A stretch of DNA of 64,000 bases from Acidobacteriota bacterium. Lineage in GTDB: Bacteria > Acidobacteriota > Vicinamibacteria > Marinacidobacterales > Marinacidobacteraceae. Within the stretch, counting starts at the first letter, position 1. Each line of letters begins with the position of its first letter. The DNA lies in NCBI GenBank assembly GCA_009840635.1, contig VXNL01000020.1, positions 13,883 to 77,882 on the forward strand. Direction: 5' to 3'. Under the pieces are notes generated by a model. That model saw nothing but the letters and a program-made list of their open reading frames with translations, did not search any database and was not told the DNA's origin. The translations under genes were made by a program, and so were the position numbers. Positions 1 to 9,966 of the stretch are shown here, piece after piece.

Positions 1-354
1 TAACAGATTGGCCTGGGCCCGGCGCAGTTGCCGGGCGCTCGCGCCCGAAATCAGAAACCGAAACCGGCCCGGCCTGCCGTCCACCGCGACCTGCACCGCG
101 TCGAGCAGCGCGGCGATCCGGTGCACCTCGTCGAGCAGGACGGTCCGGGTGGTTTCCGGCGCCGTCTCGAGCTCCCGTTCCAGCCGGTCGGGATGTCCGA
201 CGTATTCGCGGAAGACCCGCGGGCTCGCGAGGTTGAGCGTCAGGTCGGGCTCGAGCGAGGAGAGCAGGGTGGACTTGCCCACCTGCCTCGGCCCGAGAAC
301 GAGCACGTTGCGGGCGCTGCCCCGGAGAATCCGGGCGAGGCTCCTCTCGTACAC
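1..354 (-). CDS. AAA+ ATPase of the AAA_14/DUF4143 kind, partial (3' end lies beyond the left window edge)
   Basis: My own minus-strand translation from GTG 354..352 gives (M)YERSLARILRGSARNVLVLGPRQVGKSTLLSSLEPDL..., with Walker A GPRQVGKST and Walker B-like VLLDEVH. It is absent from the ORF track because it has no stop inside the window. Confidence 0.6.
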   Translation of the reverse strand, partial: MYERSLARILRGSARNVLVLGPRQVGKSTLLSSLEPDLTLNLASPRVFREYVGHPDRLERELETAPETTRTVLLDEVHRIAALLDAVQVAVDGRPGRFRFLISGASARQLRRAQANLL

Positions 355-451
355 GTGGGTATTCGGGCCGCATTTTTACCCACGACCGCCGGAAACAGTC
401 AGCACTCGACGCCCGCAGGCCAGGAAACCCGTCTTCGGTCGGGACGCCGGC

Positions 452-1540
452 CTACCGGAGCCGCCGGGCGCCGTACCAGAGGAGCGGGATGATGAAGATG
501 ATCCAGAAACCGTAGGTCAGGATCCGGTACCCGATGCCGATCAGGTCCTCGAGTCCCGCCTGGGCGAGCAGAATCGCGGCCAGCAGCACGACGGTGGAGG
601 TCGCCGGCCGCAGCCACGACTTCAGTTCGCGGCCTCCCTCCTCCATCGCGCGCGCCACCCGCTCGTTGACCGCGTGGATCAGGCTGGTGGCGGTTTCGAT
701 CAGGGTGCCGAACAGGACCACCTGGAACCCGAACAGGAGCAGCGGGGAACCGATCTCCGCCAGCAGGGTGAGGGAGGGGACGGTCTCCTCGATCATCCCG
801 GACCCGAGGCCGGCGATCGCGATGAAGAAGAGGACGGCGGGAATGATGGCGATGGGCCCCGCGAGCATCCCCGCCACCATGGCGTCACGGCGCGTCCTCA
901 GGTGGTGCGCGCAGAACAGGACGGCCGGCAGCGTGCCCACGTTGTAGGCCATGTACTCGACGCCGCCGAGAACCCAGTCGCTCGTGGCTTCGCCGTCGGC
1001 GAGAGCGGTCCCGATCTCCGGTCCGAAGGTCCGGAAAGCGGCGACGAGCACGACGACGTACACCGCGTAGAGCGCCATGGACCAGAAGGACAGGAAGTTC
1101 TCGACGGTGCTGGTGCCCTTCAGGACGAGGTAGCCCACGGCGATCATGATGGCGAGCACCCCGATGGCGTAGGGGAGCCCGAGCGAGCGCGAGACGATCT
1201 CGCCGCCCGCCGCCGCCACCACCGAAACGACCACAAGCATCGCGGCGAGGTAGGTGACCTCGTAGAGCCAGTTCCAGCGGCCCAGGAGTTCGCGGGTCAG
1301 GGTCCGGTAGTCGTAGGAACCGACCCGCCGGGCGATCTCGAAGGTGAGGGCGCAGACGACGGACCACAGCGGCGTCGTGATGAGGAGCATCCCGAGGAGC
1401 CCCCCGAGGACGCCCTTGGTCAGGAAGAAGTCCACGAGTTCCCGCCCGGTCCCGTACCCGCCCGCGATGACCATGGACTGGAAGCAGAATCCGGGCAGCA
1501 GGTACCGCTGGAACCAGTCGGAGCGCAGCGGATTCTTCAA
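452..1540 (-). CDS. polytopic membrane protein, YkvI-like (putative transporter)
   Basis: 362 aa with about 10 hydrophobic helices. The N-terminal FQSMVIAGGYGTGRELVDFF resembles the YkvI-family N-terminal motif (recalled, not searched). TTG start at 1540. Confidence 0.6.
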   Translation of the reverse strand: MKNPLRSDWFQRYLLPGFCFQSMVIAGGYGTGRELVDFFLTKGVLGGLLGMLLITTPLWSVVCALTFEIARRVGSYDYRTLTRELLGRWNWLYEVTYLAAMLVVVSVVAAAGGEIVSRSLGLPYAIGVLAIMIAVGYLVLKGTSTVENFLSFWSMALYAVYVVVLVAAFRTFGPEIGTALADGEATSDWVLGGVEYMAYNVGTLPAVLFCAHHLRTRRDAMVAGMLAGPIAIIPAVLFFIAIAGLGSGMIEETVPSLTLLAEIGSPLLLFGFQVVLFGTLIETATSLIHAVNERVARAMEEGGRELKSWLRPATSTVVLLAAILLAQAGLEDLIGIGYRILTYGFWIIFIIPLLWYGARRLR

Positions 1541-1610
1541 GGGGCCCTACCCGGTAAGGGGCAGCCAAGGATACCCGGGGCTATGCCGGGGTTGAGGCCC
1601 GAAACTTCGT

Positions 1611-2105
1611 TCAGTCCCGGGGGAGTTCGCGAGGCCGGACGAACGCCTCCACGGCGGCCGCGGCGGGGGAAAGGCCCGCCCAGTCGGGGGCCGCGATGCG
1701 CGCCACCAGGAGGGCGGCGGTGGGGAAATGCTCCAGGCGGCCCAGGAATCGGGCCGCGAGGTCTTCCATGCCGGGGTTGTGGGCCACCACCAGCAGGGGA
1801 GACGCGCTCCCGCCCTCCCCGGCCACGATCTCCACGATCTCATCCGGACTCGATCCGTAGAGGTCCGGGACCAGCCGCAGGGTGTCCGGAGCGGCGCCGG
1901 CCGCTTCGAGGGCGAGTTCCGCCGTGGTCCTTGCCCGAACCGCCGTGGAAACGAGTGCCGCCGCCGGGACGAACCCCTGTTTCAGCAAGTAACGGCCCAT
2001 CCGGGGCGCATCCCGGAGGCCGCGCGGGGCCAGCGGCCGGTCGTGGTCCGGGAGGCCGGGATGGTTCCAGGCGGACTTGGCGTGACGGAGGAGGAGCAAC
2101 CGCAA
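1611..2105 (-). CDS. sixA: SixA-type phosphohistidine phosphatase (histidine phosphatase superfamily)
   Basis: Last 164 codons of track ORF 1611..3410: LRLLLLRHAKSAW...DHDRPLAPRG (RHA catalytic motif) and VVAHNPG. Start set to TTG 2105 (CTG 2111 is possible), right after the TGA 2108-2110 of the upstream gene. Confidence 0.7.
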   Translation of the reverse strand: MRLLLLRHAKSAWNHPGLPDHDRPLAPRGLRDAPRMGRYLLKQGFVPAAALVSTAVRARTTAELALEAAGAAPDTLRLVPDLYGSSPDEIVEIVAGEGGSASPLLVVAHNPGMEDLAARFLGRLEHFPTAALLVARIAAPDWAGLSPAAAAVEAFVRPRELPRD

Positions 2106-2107
2106 CG

Positions 2108-3094
2108 TCAGGGTGCTCCGTAGGCCTCCGCCACCGAGTTCGCGCCGGCGAGAATCCGGGAATAGACGGCCGGGTCGACGTTTCCTCCGGTGACGACGAC
2201 GAAGACCTCCCGGTCCTCGAACCGTTCGGGACTCGTGAGCAGCGCCCCGATCCCGAGCGCCCCGGTGGGCTCCGCCTTCAGGTTGGCCCGGGCGAACAGC
2301 GCTCGTACTCCTCCAGCGATCTGTGCCTCGGGCACTTCCACGATGTCCCGGATCCCCTCGCTCAGGATCGTCCAGTTGTTCTCGCCGAGTTGAGGCAGCC
2401 GGGCCCCGTCGGCGAGCGAGAGCGCTTCGCCGGTGTGGCTCACGAGTTCGCCGCGGCGGAGGGACTCGGCGGCGTCGTTCGCGAGCAGCGGCTCGGCGCC
2501 CACCACGGGAACTTCGGGAAGTCCCGCGGAGCGCAGGCCGGTGAGGATGCCGGAACTGATTCCCCCGCCGCCGATGGGAACCACGACCACCGCTTTCTGC
2601 CGCCTGGCCGGCGAGAAGCGGCCCAGGCGGGCCGCGACCTCTACCCCGAGCGTCGCGTTGCCGGCGATGACCGCCGGATCGGCGTAGGCGCTGGCGACCT
2701 CCGCCTCGGGGAAGGTGCGGAGGACCCGCTCCACCCCTTCCTCCCGCGACTCCTTCTCGACGTCCGTGAACTCCACGGCGGCCCCATGGCTCTGCACCGC
2801 ATCGATCTTCACCCGGGCGGAAATGGACGGCATCACGATGGTGGCCTGCTTCCGCAGCAGGCGGCAGGCGAGCGCCAGCGCCTGACCGAAGTTGCCGGAC
2901 GAAGCAGCGATCAGGTGCCGGGCCGATGACGTGCGAGCCCGGTGGAAAGCGGCGCGGAACTTGAAGCTCCCGGTGCGCTGGAAGGTTTCGGTCACCAGCG
3001 TGATGCGGAGGCCGAGCGCCGCCCGCAGTCTCTCCGGTTCGATCCACGTCGTGGGCCGCACCGCGAAGGGGCGGTCGGGGACGGTCAGGTTCAT
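2108..3094 (-). CDS. fold-type II PLP-dependent threonine/serine dehydratase family enzyme
   Basis: 328 aa. It has the PLP-lysine motif TGSFKFRAA, a glycine loop VVVVPIGGGGISSG, and SSGNFGQALA. ATGA overlap with the upstream cca stop (3091-3094). Confidence 0.8.
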   Translation of the reverse strand: MNLTVPDRPFAVRPTTWIEPERLRAALGLRITLVTETFQRTGSFKFRAAFHRARTSSARHLIAASSGNFGQALALACRLLRKQATIVMPSISARVKIDAVQSHGAAVEFTDVEKESREEGVERVLRTFPEAEVASAYADPAVIAGNATLGVEVAARLGRFSPARRQKAVVVVPIGGGGISSGILTGLRSAGLPEVPVVGAEPLLANDAAESLRRGELVSHTGEALSLADGARLPQLGENNWTILSEGIRDIVEVPEAQIAGGVRALFARANLKAEPTGALGIGALLTSPERFEDREVFVVVTGGNVDPAVYSRILAGANSVAEAYGAP

Positions 3095-4554
3095 GGTTCC
3101 CCTCCTCCGGGATCTTCGGGAATGACCCGGTCCAGGATTCTCTCCGGGTCGGTTTCGCCGCTCTCGTCCTGCACTTCACGGCTGCGGTCGAGAATCCGTC
3201 CGACCGCCTTTCCCGGCGCGATGTTGCGCGCCAGCACGTGCCGCCCGCTGACCGCGTCCTCCGGCGGCCCGCGGAACACTCCGGCGGCTTCCGCCCGCTC
3301 GCGGAACACCTCGCCCTCGGGGAACCGTCCGGCCAGCGCGTTCTCCGTGGTGCGCCCGAGCTGGTCGGCGGTGGCGACCCGCAGGAGGGCCTCGAGGGTG
3401 GTCCCGGCACCCGCCATCTCGCGGGCCAGTCGCCGGTAGGCGGCGCGCTTCGCGCCCTGCCTCGGATAAAACGCCGGCGCCAGGTGGCGGCGGGTCAGGG
3501 CCTCGACCTCGTCCACCAGCGCGCGCGGCGCCCGCAGTCCTTCGAGGAAGCGGCGGGCGAGCGGCGCTCCGGCGGCATCGTGGGCGTAGGCGGTGATGCG
3601 TCCGCGCCGCTCCCGGGTGGTGGCCGGCTTGCCGAAGTCGTGGCAGAGGGCGGCGAACAGCAGGGCCCGGCTCGCCTCGCGATCGCCGGGGGCCAGTTCC
3701 GCCGCGCGGTCCACCGCCAACAGGGTGTGTTCGAAGACATCGCCCTCCGGATGCCACTCGGGATCCTGGGGAACCCCGCGGAGGGCGTCCACCTCCGGCA
3801 GGAACCGCAGGAGCCGGGTGGTGGCGAGAAAACGGAGGCCTCGCGACGGTTCCCCGCCGTGGAGCAGTTTCTCGAGTTCGTCCAGGATCCGCTCCGGACT
3901 CAGCTCGGCGAGGTCCAGTTGGCTACACAGACGGTTCAGTTCTTCGTCGGCGGTGAACCCGAAGCGGGAAGCGAAGGCGGCCACCCGCAGTCCGCGGAGC
4001 GGATCCTCGGGGAACTTCGCCGGGTCCGTGGCCCGCATCACGCCTCGGGCGAGGTCGCGCGCCCCACCGTAGGGGTCGAACAACTCGCCGGTCAGGGGGT
4101 CGAGTCCCATGGCGTTGAGCGTGAGGTCCCGGCGCCGGGCCGCTTCTTCGAACCTCATGTCCGGGTCCACCACGACCTCGAAACCCAGGTGTCCCGGCCC
4201 GGTCTTCGATTCCCGGCGCGGCAGGGCGACCTCGAGGGCGAGACTCCCGACCCGGAGCACCGGAAAGGCGCGGCCGATCCGGCGGACCTTGCCGAGCGGG
4301 CGCAGCGACCGTTCGAGCTTGCGGAGCGGCAGGCCGAACACCTCGAGGTCGGGCTCGCCCGTGGAGTGGCCGAGCATGCCGTCCCTGACGAAGCCTCCGA
4401 CGACCAGGACGCGCCCGCCGGCCTGCCGGACGGTGACCGCGACCTGGCGGGCATCCCCTGCGGGACCGACGGCTTCCTCCGGGATCGGGCCTACCGGCGA
4501 GAGCCGGAACCGGGCCGCTGCCGACCCCTCGGCGCCGTCGTCTCGCCGCGTCAA
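3091..4554 (-). CDS. cca: CCA-adding tRNA nucleotidyltransferase / poly(A) polymerase family with C-terminal HD domain
   Basis: 487 aa with VVGGFVRDGML, DLEVFG and RRRDLTLNAMG (class II nucleotidyltransferase head), plus the HD motif ALCHDFGKP. Confidence 0.8.
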   Translation of the reverse strand: MTRRDDGAEGSAAARFRLSPVGPIPEEAVGPAGDARQVAVTVRQAGGRVLVVGGFVRDGMLGHSTGEPDLEVFGLPLRKLERSLRPLGKVRRIGRAFPVLRVGSLALEVALPRRESKTGPGHLGFEVVVDPDMRFEEAARRRDLTLNAMGLDPLTGELFDPYGGARDLARGVMRATDPAKFPEDPLRGLRVAAFASRFGFTADEELNRLCSQLDLAELSPERILDELEKLLHGGEPSRGLRFLATTRLLRFLPEVDALRGVPQDPEWHPEGDVFEHTLLAVDRAAELAPGDREASRALLFAALCHDFGKPATTRERRGRITAYAHDAAGAPLARRFLEGLRAPRALVDEVEALTRRHLAPAFYPRQGAKRAAYRRLAREMAGAGTTLEALLRVATADQLGRTTENALAGRFPEGEVFRERAEAAGVFRGPPEDAVSGRHVLARNIAPGKAVGRILDRSREVQDESGETDPERILDRVIPEDPGGGEP

Positions 4555-4571
4555 GGACTGGGCCGGTTGAG

Positions 4572-5054
4572 TTAGCCGGGAGATCCGCCGGCTTCCGCCC
4601 AGGCGACCGGATCGCCGATCCGAATCCTCCCGCCGCTCACCACTTCGCCGAACGCCCCTCCGCGCCAGTCGGGCGCCAGCGCGTCGCGCATCCGGAGCGC
4701 GGCGCCGTCCATCCGTTCGCAGGGCTTCGTTTCCCCGTGGATCAAGATCCGGGTCTCGCCCACCGCGAGCGTCCGCCCGATGGTCTGCCGGAAGTCGACC
4801 CCGGCCACGAGCAGGTTCGCCCGCCGCAGGGCCGGATCCGCGTCGGGTTGACCGGCTTCGTCCGCCGCGCGCTCCCAGGCTTCCCTCGAAAGGACGGTGA
4901 CCTGGCGCTTCCCCCGGGCCGGAGCGGAGTCTCGAAGCCCTTCGCCGGCGACCAGTTCCCCTTCGGACCGGGACATCATCGGTTCACCGCGGGCTCCCTT
5001 GGCCCAGATGGCAAGGAGGCTGCCGCCCTGGTGGTTGGTGGTCGGTTCTGCCAT
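4572..5054 (-). CDS. MOSC domain-containing protein
   Basis: Contains RQVTVLSREAW, RRANLLVAGVD and HGETKPCERMD (the conserved MOSC Cys). ATG 5054 is preferred over the track TTG 5090, with an AGGA about 8 nt upstream. Confidence 0.7.
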   Translation of the reverse strand: MAEPTTNHQGGSLLAIWAKGARGEPMMSRSEGELVAGEGLRDSAPARGKRQVTVLSREAWERAADEAGQPDADPALRRANLLVAGVDFRQTIGRTLAVGETRILIHGETKPCERMDGAALRMRDALAPDWRGGAFGEVVSGGRIRIGDPVAWAEAGGSPG

Positions 5055-5144
5055 GGATGGTCCTGGGAGCGCGGCGAGGCGCCGCGCCAACCCGGCGGAA
5101 TCCTACCGCCGTTCCGCGCGTCATGATTCCCGGCGGAATTCGGT

Positions 5145-6227
5145 ATGCGCATCGCCGTGCTCGCGTCGGGAGGGGTGGACAGCTCCGTCGCCCTCGCCAC
5201 GCTGGCGCAGGCGGGTCACGACGTGCACGCCTTCTACCTGAAGGTCTGGCTCGAGGACGAGCTCGAGCATCTTGGGGAGTGCCCCTGGGAGGAGGACCTC
5301 CGTTACGCCCGTGCCGTCGCCGGACAGTTCGGGGTCCCGCTCACCGTGATCCCGTTGCAGCGCGCCTACCGGGAGGGCGTCGTCGCCTACCTCCTCGAGG
5401 AACTTGAGCGCGGAGGGACGCCGAGTCCCGATCTCTTCTGCAACTCGCGCATCAAGTTCGGGGCCTTCGCCGACTGGGTGGACGCCGAGGTCCCCGGCGG
5501 ACGCTTCGAAAGGGTGGCGACCGGCCACTACGCGCGGAGGGTCGAGACGGCGGACGGCGTCGAGCTGCACCGAGCCCCCGACCCGGTGAAGGACCAGACC
5601 TATTTCCTCTCCCGGATCAGCGGTCGCCAGCTCGAGCGGTCGTCGTTTCCGGTGGGGGACCTGCGGAAGACCGAGGTCCGGCGGCTCGCCGCCCGGCTCG
5701 GGCTCGCGCCGCAGGACCGCCGGGACAGTCAGGGCATCTGCTTTCTCGGGCGCGTGCGGTACCGCGACTTCGTCACCGCCCACCTCGGCGACCGGCCCGG
5801 ACCGGTCGTGGACGAGGCGACGGGAGACGAAATCGGCACCCACCGCGGGCACTGGCTGTTCACGATCGGCCAGCGGCGGGGCCTCGGCCTCGCGGGCGGC
5901 CCGTGGTTCGTCGCCGGGAAGGACCCGCGGGCGAACCGGGTCCTCGTGCGCCGGGGCGCCGGCCGGCCGGCGAACCGTTGCCTGGTCGAGGACCTTCACT
6001 GGATCGAAGGCGGTGCGTCGTCCGGCTCGGAGCGCCTCCACGTCCGGGTGCGGCACGGACCGGAACTGGTCCCGGCGCTGGTGTCGTGGGACGAGAACGG
6101 GGGAGGGGAGATCGTGCTCGACGGGCCGGACGAGGGCCTCGCTCCGGGTCAGTTCGCGGTCCTCTACCGGGGTACCCGCTGCCTCGGATCGGGGCGCATT
6201 GCGGGCGCCCCGCCCATTCCCGCCTAA
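5145..6227 (+). CDS. mnmA: tRNA 2-thiouridine(34) synthase
   Basis: 360 aa. PP-loop MRIAVLASGGVDSSVA, plus CNSRIKFG, KDQTYFL and GICFLG, all typical MnmA motifs. Confidence 0.9.
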   Translation: MRIAVLASGGVDSSVALATLAQAGHDVHAFYLKVWLEDELEHLGECPWEEDLRYARAVAGQFGVPLTVIPLQRAYREGVVAYLLEELERGGTPSPDLFCNSRIKFGAFADWVDAEVPGGRFERVATGHYARRVETADGVELHRAPDPVKDQTYFLSRISGRQLERSSFPVGDLRKTEVRRLAARLGLAPQDRRDSQGICFLGRVRYRDFVTAHLGDRPGPVVDEATGDEIGTHRGHWLFTIGQRRGLGLAGGPWFVAGKDPRANRVLVRRGAGRPANRCLVEDLHWIEGGASSGSERLHVRVRHGPELVPALVSWDENGGGEIVLDGPDEGLAPGQFAVLYRGTRCLGSGRIAGAPPIPA

Positions 6228-6850
6228 CCGGTGGAGTTTGGGGCCCGGCGGGGTCCCCGGCACGCGAAAACGACCGCCGGAGGCACGTTTTTCCAGACGA
6301 CCGATCCGTGCTCGATGGTCTCGAAGCTCTCGTGGAGCAGCCTGGCGAAAGGGGAACGGCGCCAGAACGGCAGAGCCTGGACGTAGATGTAGAAGAGGAA
6401 CTGCCCGTCGGGCGACAGAGTTTCCAGAATCGCGGCGAGCATGCCGGTCCGCTTTCGCTCGGGAACGACCGACCAAGGCAGGGTCGCGACGACGGCCCCC
6501 ACCTCCCCGACTTCCTCACGGGCGCAAATGGAGCAGAGGTTGGCCAGGTCATCCACCACCACTTTGAGGTCCGGAAGGCGGCGCTCGAGGGCATGAGCGC
6601 ACTGCCGGTTCAGCTCGACAGCGAAGAACGGCGTGCCCGGAGGCTTCGCGGCGAGCAGGTGTTCGGTGATGGCGCCGTCCCCCGGTCCCGCTTCGATGAC
6701 CGCGGCGTCGTCGGGCCAGCGCACTGCCTCGGCGATCGCGATGCCGAGCGCCGGGGAACTGCGCCGGATCGCCCCTACCTCGCGCGGCTTCGTCACGAAC
6801 TGCCGAAAGATGGTCGAGTCGGCGGGCGCGATTCCCTCCTCCTTCGGCAT
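6224..6850 (-). CDS. class I SAM-dependent methyltransferase
   Basis: 208 aa. SAM motif I VIEAGPGDGAITEHL followed by FFAVELN. Converges on and overlaps the mnmA stop by 4 nt. Confidence 0.6.
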   Translation of the reverse strand: MPKEEGIAPADSTIFRQFVTKPREVGAIRRSSPALGIAIAEAVRWPDDAAVIEAGPGDGAITEHLLAAKPPGTPFFAVELNRQCAHALERRLPDLKVVVDDLANLCSICAREEVGEVGAVVATLPWSVVPERKRTGMLAAILETLSPDGQFLFYIYVQALPFWRRSPFARLLHESFETIEHGSVVWKNVPPAVVFACRGPRRAPNSTG

Positions 6851-6867
6851 GGGACTGCGGGGATCGC

Positions 6868-7401
6868 TCAGGGAGCCTCGGGCCTTCTGGCGGTGATGCG
6901 GCGGGTGGTGAATCCGAGCCAGTGGAGCCGTCCCAGGTGCCGGGCGTGTTCCACCTTCATGCAGCGGTCCATGACCACTTCAATCCCGAGTTCGCGGGCT
7001 CGTTCGGCCGCCTCCGGGTGGATGACTCCGTATTGCAGCCAGATTGCCTTCGCGCGGCCGGCGCACTCCTCGACGATGCCGGGAACCGCGGCCGGGGCGC
7101 GGAACACGTTCACGATGTCCACCGGCTCCTCGATCGCCGCGACGCTCGGATAGCACTGTTCTCCCAGGATTTCCTTCTCCCGCGGGTTTACGGGGACCAC
7201 CCGGTATCCGTTCCGCTGCAGGTAGAAGCCGACGAAGTAGCTGGCGCGCAGTTCCTTCGGCGAGAGGCCCACGACGGCCACCGTTCGGGCGGAAGTCAGC
7301 AGCCGGCGGATGGTCCCGGCATCCTGGTACTGGCCGAGATCCGGCCCCGAACCGTCCGCGGGCAGCGGCGGCGGGAGTTCACAAGCGATTACAGAGGACA
7401 T
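6868..7401 (-). CDS. CoA-binding domain protein (YccU-like)
   Basis: Last 177 codons of track ORF 6868..8139: ARTVAVVGLSPKELRASYFV...GYRVVPVNP...VDIVNVFR. ATG at 7401 overlaps the metY stop (7389-7391). Confidence 0.75.
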   Translation of the reverse strand: MSSVIACELPPPLPADGSGPDLGQYQDAGTIRRLLTSARTVAVVGLSPKELRASYFVGFYLQRNGYRVVPVNPREKEILGEQCYPSVAAIEEPVDIVNVFRAPAAVPGIVEECAGRAKAIWLQYGVIHPEAAERARELGIEVVMDRCMKVEHARHLGRLHWLGFTTRRITARRPEAP

Positions 7402-8750
7402 TCGATGGTTTCCCCGATTGGGGCCTCGTCGTCTTCGGAGGCGGGTGTGGCGGCCGCTTCCAGGCCGCGGGTCAGGTCCCAGATCAGGTCCCGCGGGTCT
7501 TCGATGCCGACCGAAAGGCGGATCGTGCCCGGCGAGATCCCGGCGCCCCGGAGTTCTTCGTCGTCCAGTTGCCGGTGGGTGGTGCTCGCCGGGTGGATCA
7601 CCAGGCTCTTCGCGTCGCCGACGTTCGCGAGATGGGAAAAGAGGTTGAGCTCGCGAATGAACCGGGCTCCCGCCTCGCGCCCTCCCTTCAGGTTGAACGA
7701 GAACACGGCACCCGCTCCCCGGGGGAGGTACTTCGCGACCAGCGCGGCGTAGCGGCTCCCGTGGAGCCCCGGGTGCGCCACCGTCTCGACCTCGGGCCTT
7801 CCCGTCAGGAAGGTCGCAACCTCGAGAGCGTTCGCCGTGTGCCGCTCCATCCGGAGCGGCAGCGTCTCGGCGCCGAGCCCGAACAGGAAGGCGTTGAACG
7901 GGGACATGCAGGCCCCGAGGTCCCGCAGCGTTTCGGCGCGCAGCTTCATCAGGAATCCGTACTCGCCGAAGGTCGCCTGGAACGCGAGGCCGTGGTAGGC
8001 CGGCGACGGATCCGCGATCCCCGGAAACTTGCCGTTGTCCCAGGGGAACCGCCCCGACTCGACCACCACCCCGCCGATGCTGTTCCCGTGGCCGCCGATG
8101 AACTTCGTCGTCGAATGGACCACGATGTCGGCGCCCCACTCGAGCGGCCGGCAGAGGTATGGAGTCGCGAACGTGCTGTCCACCATGAGCGGCACCCCGT
8201 GGCGGTGCGCGATCTCCGCGACGGCGTCGATGTCGAGGACGTTCCCACCGGGGTTACCGATCGTTTCGCCGAAGAACAGCCGGGTTTCGGGACGGACGGC
8301 TTCCTTCCAGTTGTCCGGCTCGTCCGGGTCCACGAACGTGACCCCGAACCCCAGCTTCCGTTCGAGATGCTTGAGCTGGGTGAGGGTGCCGCCGTAGAGG
8401 GCGCGGGACGCGCCCACCTGGTCGCCGGGCGGGAGGGCGGTGAAGAAGGCGCCCGCCTGGGCGGCGAGTCCGGAGGCGAAGGCGACCGCGCCCACCCCGC
8501 CTTCGAGGTTCGCGATGCGCTCCTCGAACGCGGCCACGGTGGGGTTCATGATCCGCGAGTACGTGTTCCCGTATTCCTGGAGGTTGAAATAGGCCGCCGC
8601 CGCCTCCGGGTCCTCGAACACATAGCTGGTGGTCTGGAAGATGGGCGTGGCGCGCGCCCCGCTGTGCGGCTCGGGCCGGGCGCCGGCATGCACCGCCCGG
8701 GTGGCGAAGCCGAACTCGCGGGTCTCGGCTCCGACTTCTCTTTCGCTCAT
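7389..8750 (-). CDS. metY: O-acetylhomoserine aminocarboxypropyltransferase/sulfhydrylase (PLP, Cys/Met metabolism family)
   Basis: 453 aa with FATRAVHAG, YSRIMNPT and the PLP-lysine context VVHSTTKFIGGHG. ATGA overlap with the metX stop. Confidence 0.9.
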   Translation of the reverse strand: MSEREVGAETREFGFATRAVHAGARPEPHSGARATPIFQTTSYVFEDPEAAAAYFNLQEYGNTYSRIMNPTVAAFEERIANLEGGVGAVAFASGLAAQAGAFFTALPPGDQVGASRALYGGTLTQLKHLERKLGFGVTFVDPDEPDNWKEAVRPETRLFFGETIGNPGGNVLDIDAVAEIAHRHGVPLMVDSTFATPYLCRPLEWGADIVVHSTTKFIGGHGNSIGGVVVESGRFPWDNGKFPGIADPSPAYHGLAFQATFGEYGFLMKLRAETLRDLGACMSPFNAFLFGLGAETLPLRMERHTANALEVATFLTGRPEVETVAHPGLHGSRYAALVAKYLPRGAGAVFSFNLKGGREAGARFIRELNLFSHLANVGDAKSLVIHPASTTHRQLDDEELRGAGISPGTIRLSVGIEDPRDLIWDLTRGLEAAATPASEDDEAPIGETIECPL

Positions 8751-9928
8751 GGCACGTCTACCTCCTCGTGATCCAGGAACCCGCGAACCAGGGGAGTCAT
8801 CCGTCCCGCCTCCAGGAGGAACGAGTCATGCCCGTACGTCGTGTCGATCTCGTGATGGACCACGCTCTTCCGGCGGGCCTCGAGCGCGGCCGCGAGCCTT
8901 CGGGAATCGCCGGAAGGGTATAGCCAATCCGAGGAGAAGGAGAGGAGCAGGGTGCGGCAGCGGAACCGTTCCACCGCCTCCTCGAGGTCGCCGCCGCCGT
9001 GCCTCTCCGCAAGGTCGAAACGCGTGAGGGCGTAGGAGAGGAACAGATAGGCGTTCGCGTCGAAGCGCCGGTTGAATTTCGCGGCCTGGTGGACGAGGTA
9101 GGACTCGACCTGGAAGTCCGCGGCCTGGAGATCGCCGGCGAAATCCCGCCGGTCCTGGAGGCGGCGTCCGAACTTCGTCTCCATGCCGGGCGCGGACAGG
9201 TAGGTCAGGTGCCCCACCATGCGCGCGGTGGCGAGGCCGTGGACCGGCCGGGTTCCTTCCTCCGCATAGCGGCCCCCGCACCAGGCCGGGTCTCCCGTGA
9301 TGGCGCTCCTCGCGATCCAGTTCCAGCCGATGCCCTGGGCGGAGAGGCTGGGGGTGCTGGCGACGGCGACGACGGCGTCCACCTCATCCGGAAACGCCGC
9401 CGCCCACTCGAACGCCTGCATGCCGCCGAGGGAGCCGCCCGAGATTCCCCGAAGCCGGCGGACTCCGAGTTCGTGGAGCGCGGCGCGGGAAGCCCGGACG
9501 ATGTCTCCCACCGTGATTGCCGGGAAATGCGCCCCGTAGGGACGCCCGGTGTCCGGATTCGGGCTGGACGGGCCGGTCGTGCCGCCGCACCCGCCGAGGA
9601 GGCTCATGCAGACCACGTGGAACCGGTCGGTGTCGAACGCCTTGCCGGGTCCGATCATCGGATCCCACCAGCCGAGTCCCTCGTTTCCGGCGGCGCTCTC
9701 GGCCCCGAACCCGTCTACTGCCGACTCCGCCCCTCCCCCGCGCCCGGCCGCGTGCGCGTCGGCGGAGAGCGCCGGAGCGATCAGGACGGTGTTCCCGCCG
9801 TCCGGGTCGCGTTCGCCCCAGGTCTCGCAGGCGACCTCCAGCTCGGGGAGAACGACGCCGCTCTCGAGCGTGAAGGGACCCGGCGGGGTCAGCCGCAGCC
9901 GGCGATGGGGAGAGGCGTTCGCCGGCAT
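8747..9928 (-). CDS. metX: homoserine O-acetyltransferase
   Basis: 393 aa from ATG 9928. Alpha/beta-hydrolase nucleophile elbow GISGGSLGGMQAFEWA, and the C-terminal HHEIDTTYGHDSFL typical of MetX. The track ORF runs on to 10222 through R/G/P-rich non-coding-like sequence. Confidence 0.9.
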   Translation of the reverse strand: MPANASPHRRLRLTPPGPFTLESGVVLPELEVACETWGERDPDGGNTVLIAPALSADAHAAGRGGGAESAVDGFGAESAAGNEGLGWWDPMIGPGKAFDTDRFHVVCMSLLGGCGGTTGPSSPNPDTGRPYGAHFPAITVGDIVRASRAALHELGVRRLRGISGGSLGGMQAFEWAAAFPDEVDAVVAVASTPSLSAQGIGWNWIARSAITGDPAWCGGRYAEEGTRPVHGLATARMVGHLTYLSAPGMETKFGRRLQDRRDFAGDLQAADFQVESYLVHQAAKFNRRFDANAYLFLSYALTRFDLAERHGGGDLEEAVERFRCRTLLLSFSSDWLYPSGDSRRLAAALEARRKSVVHHEIDTTYGHDSFLLEAGRMTPLVRGFLDHEEVDVP

Positions 9929-9966
9929 CTCCCACGGCTCCGGCCGCGGGCGCCCCCCTTGCCGGC

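Noticed and set aside
8-2929. 973-aa plus-strand ORF, the longest at the left end of the track
   Set aside because: The translation is R/G/P/E-rich junk. It lies antisense to four minus-strand genes with clear family motifs (YkvI-like, SixA, PLP dehydratase, plus the partial AAA ATPase). This is a typical stop-poor shadow frame in high-GC DNA.
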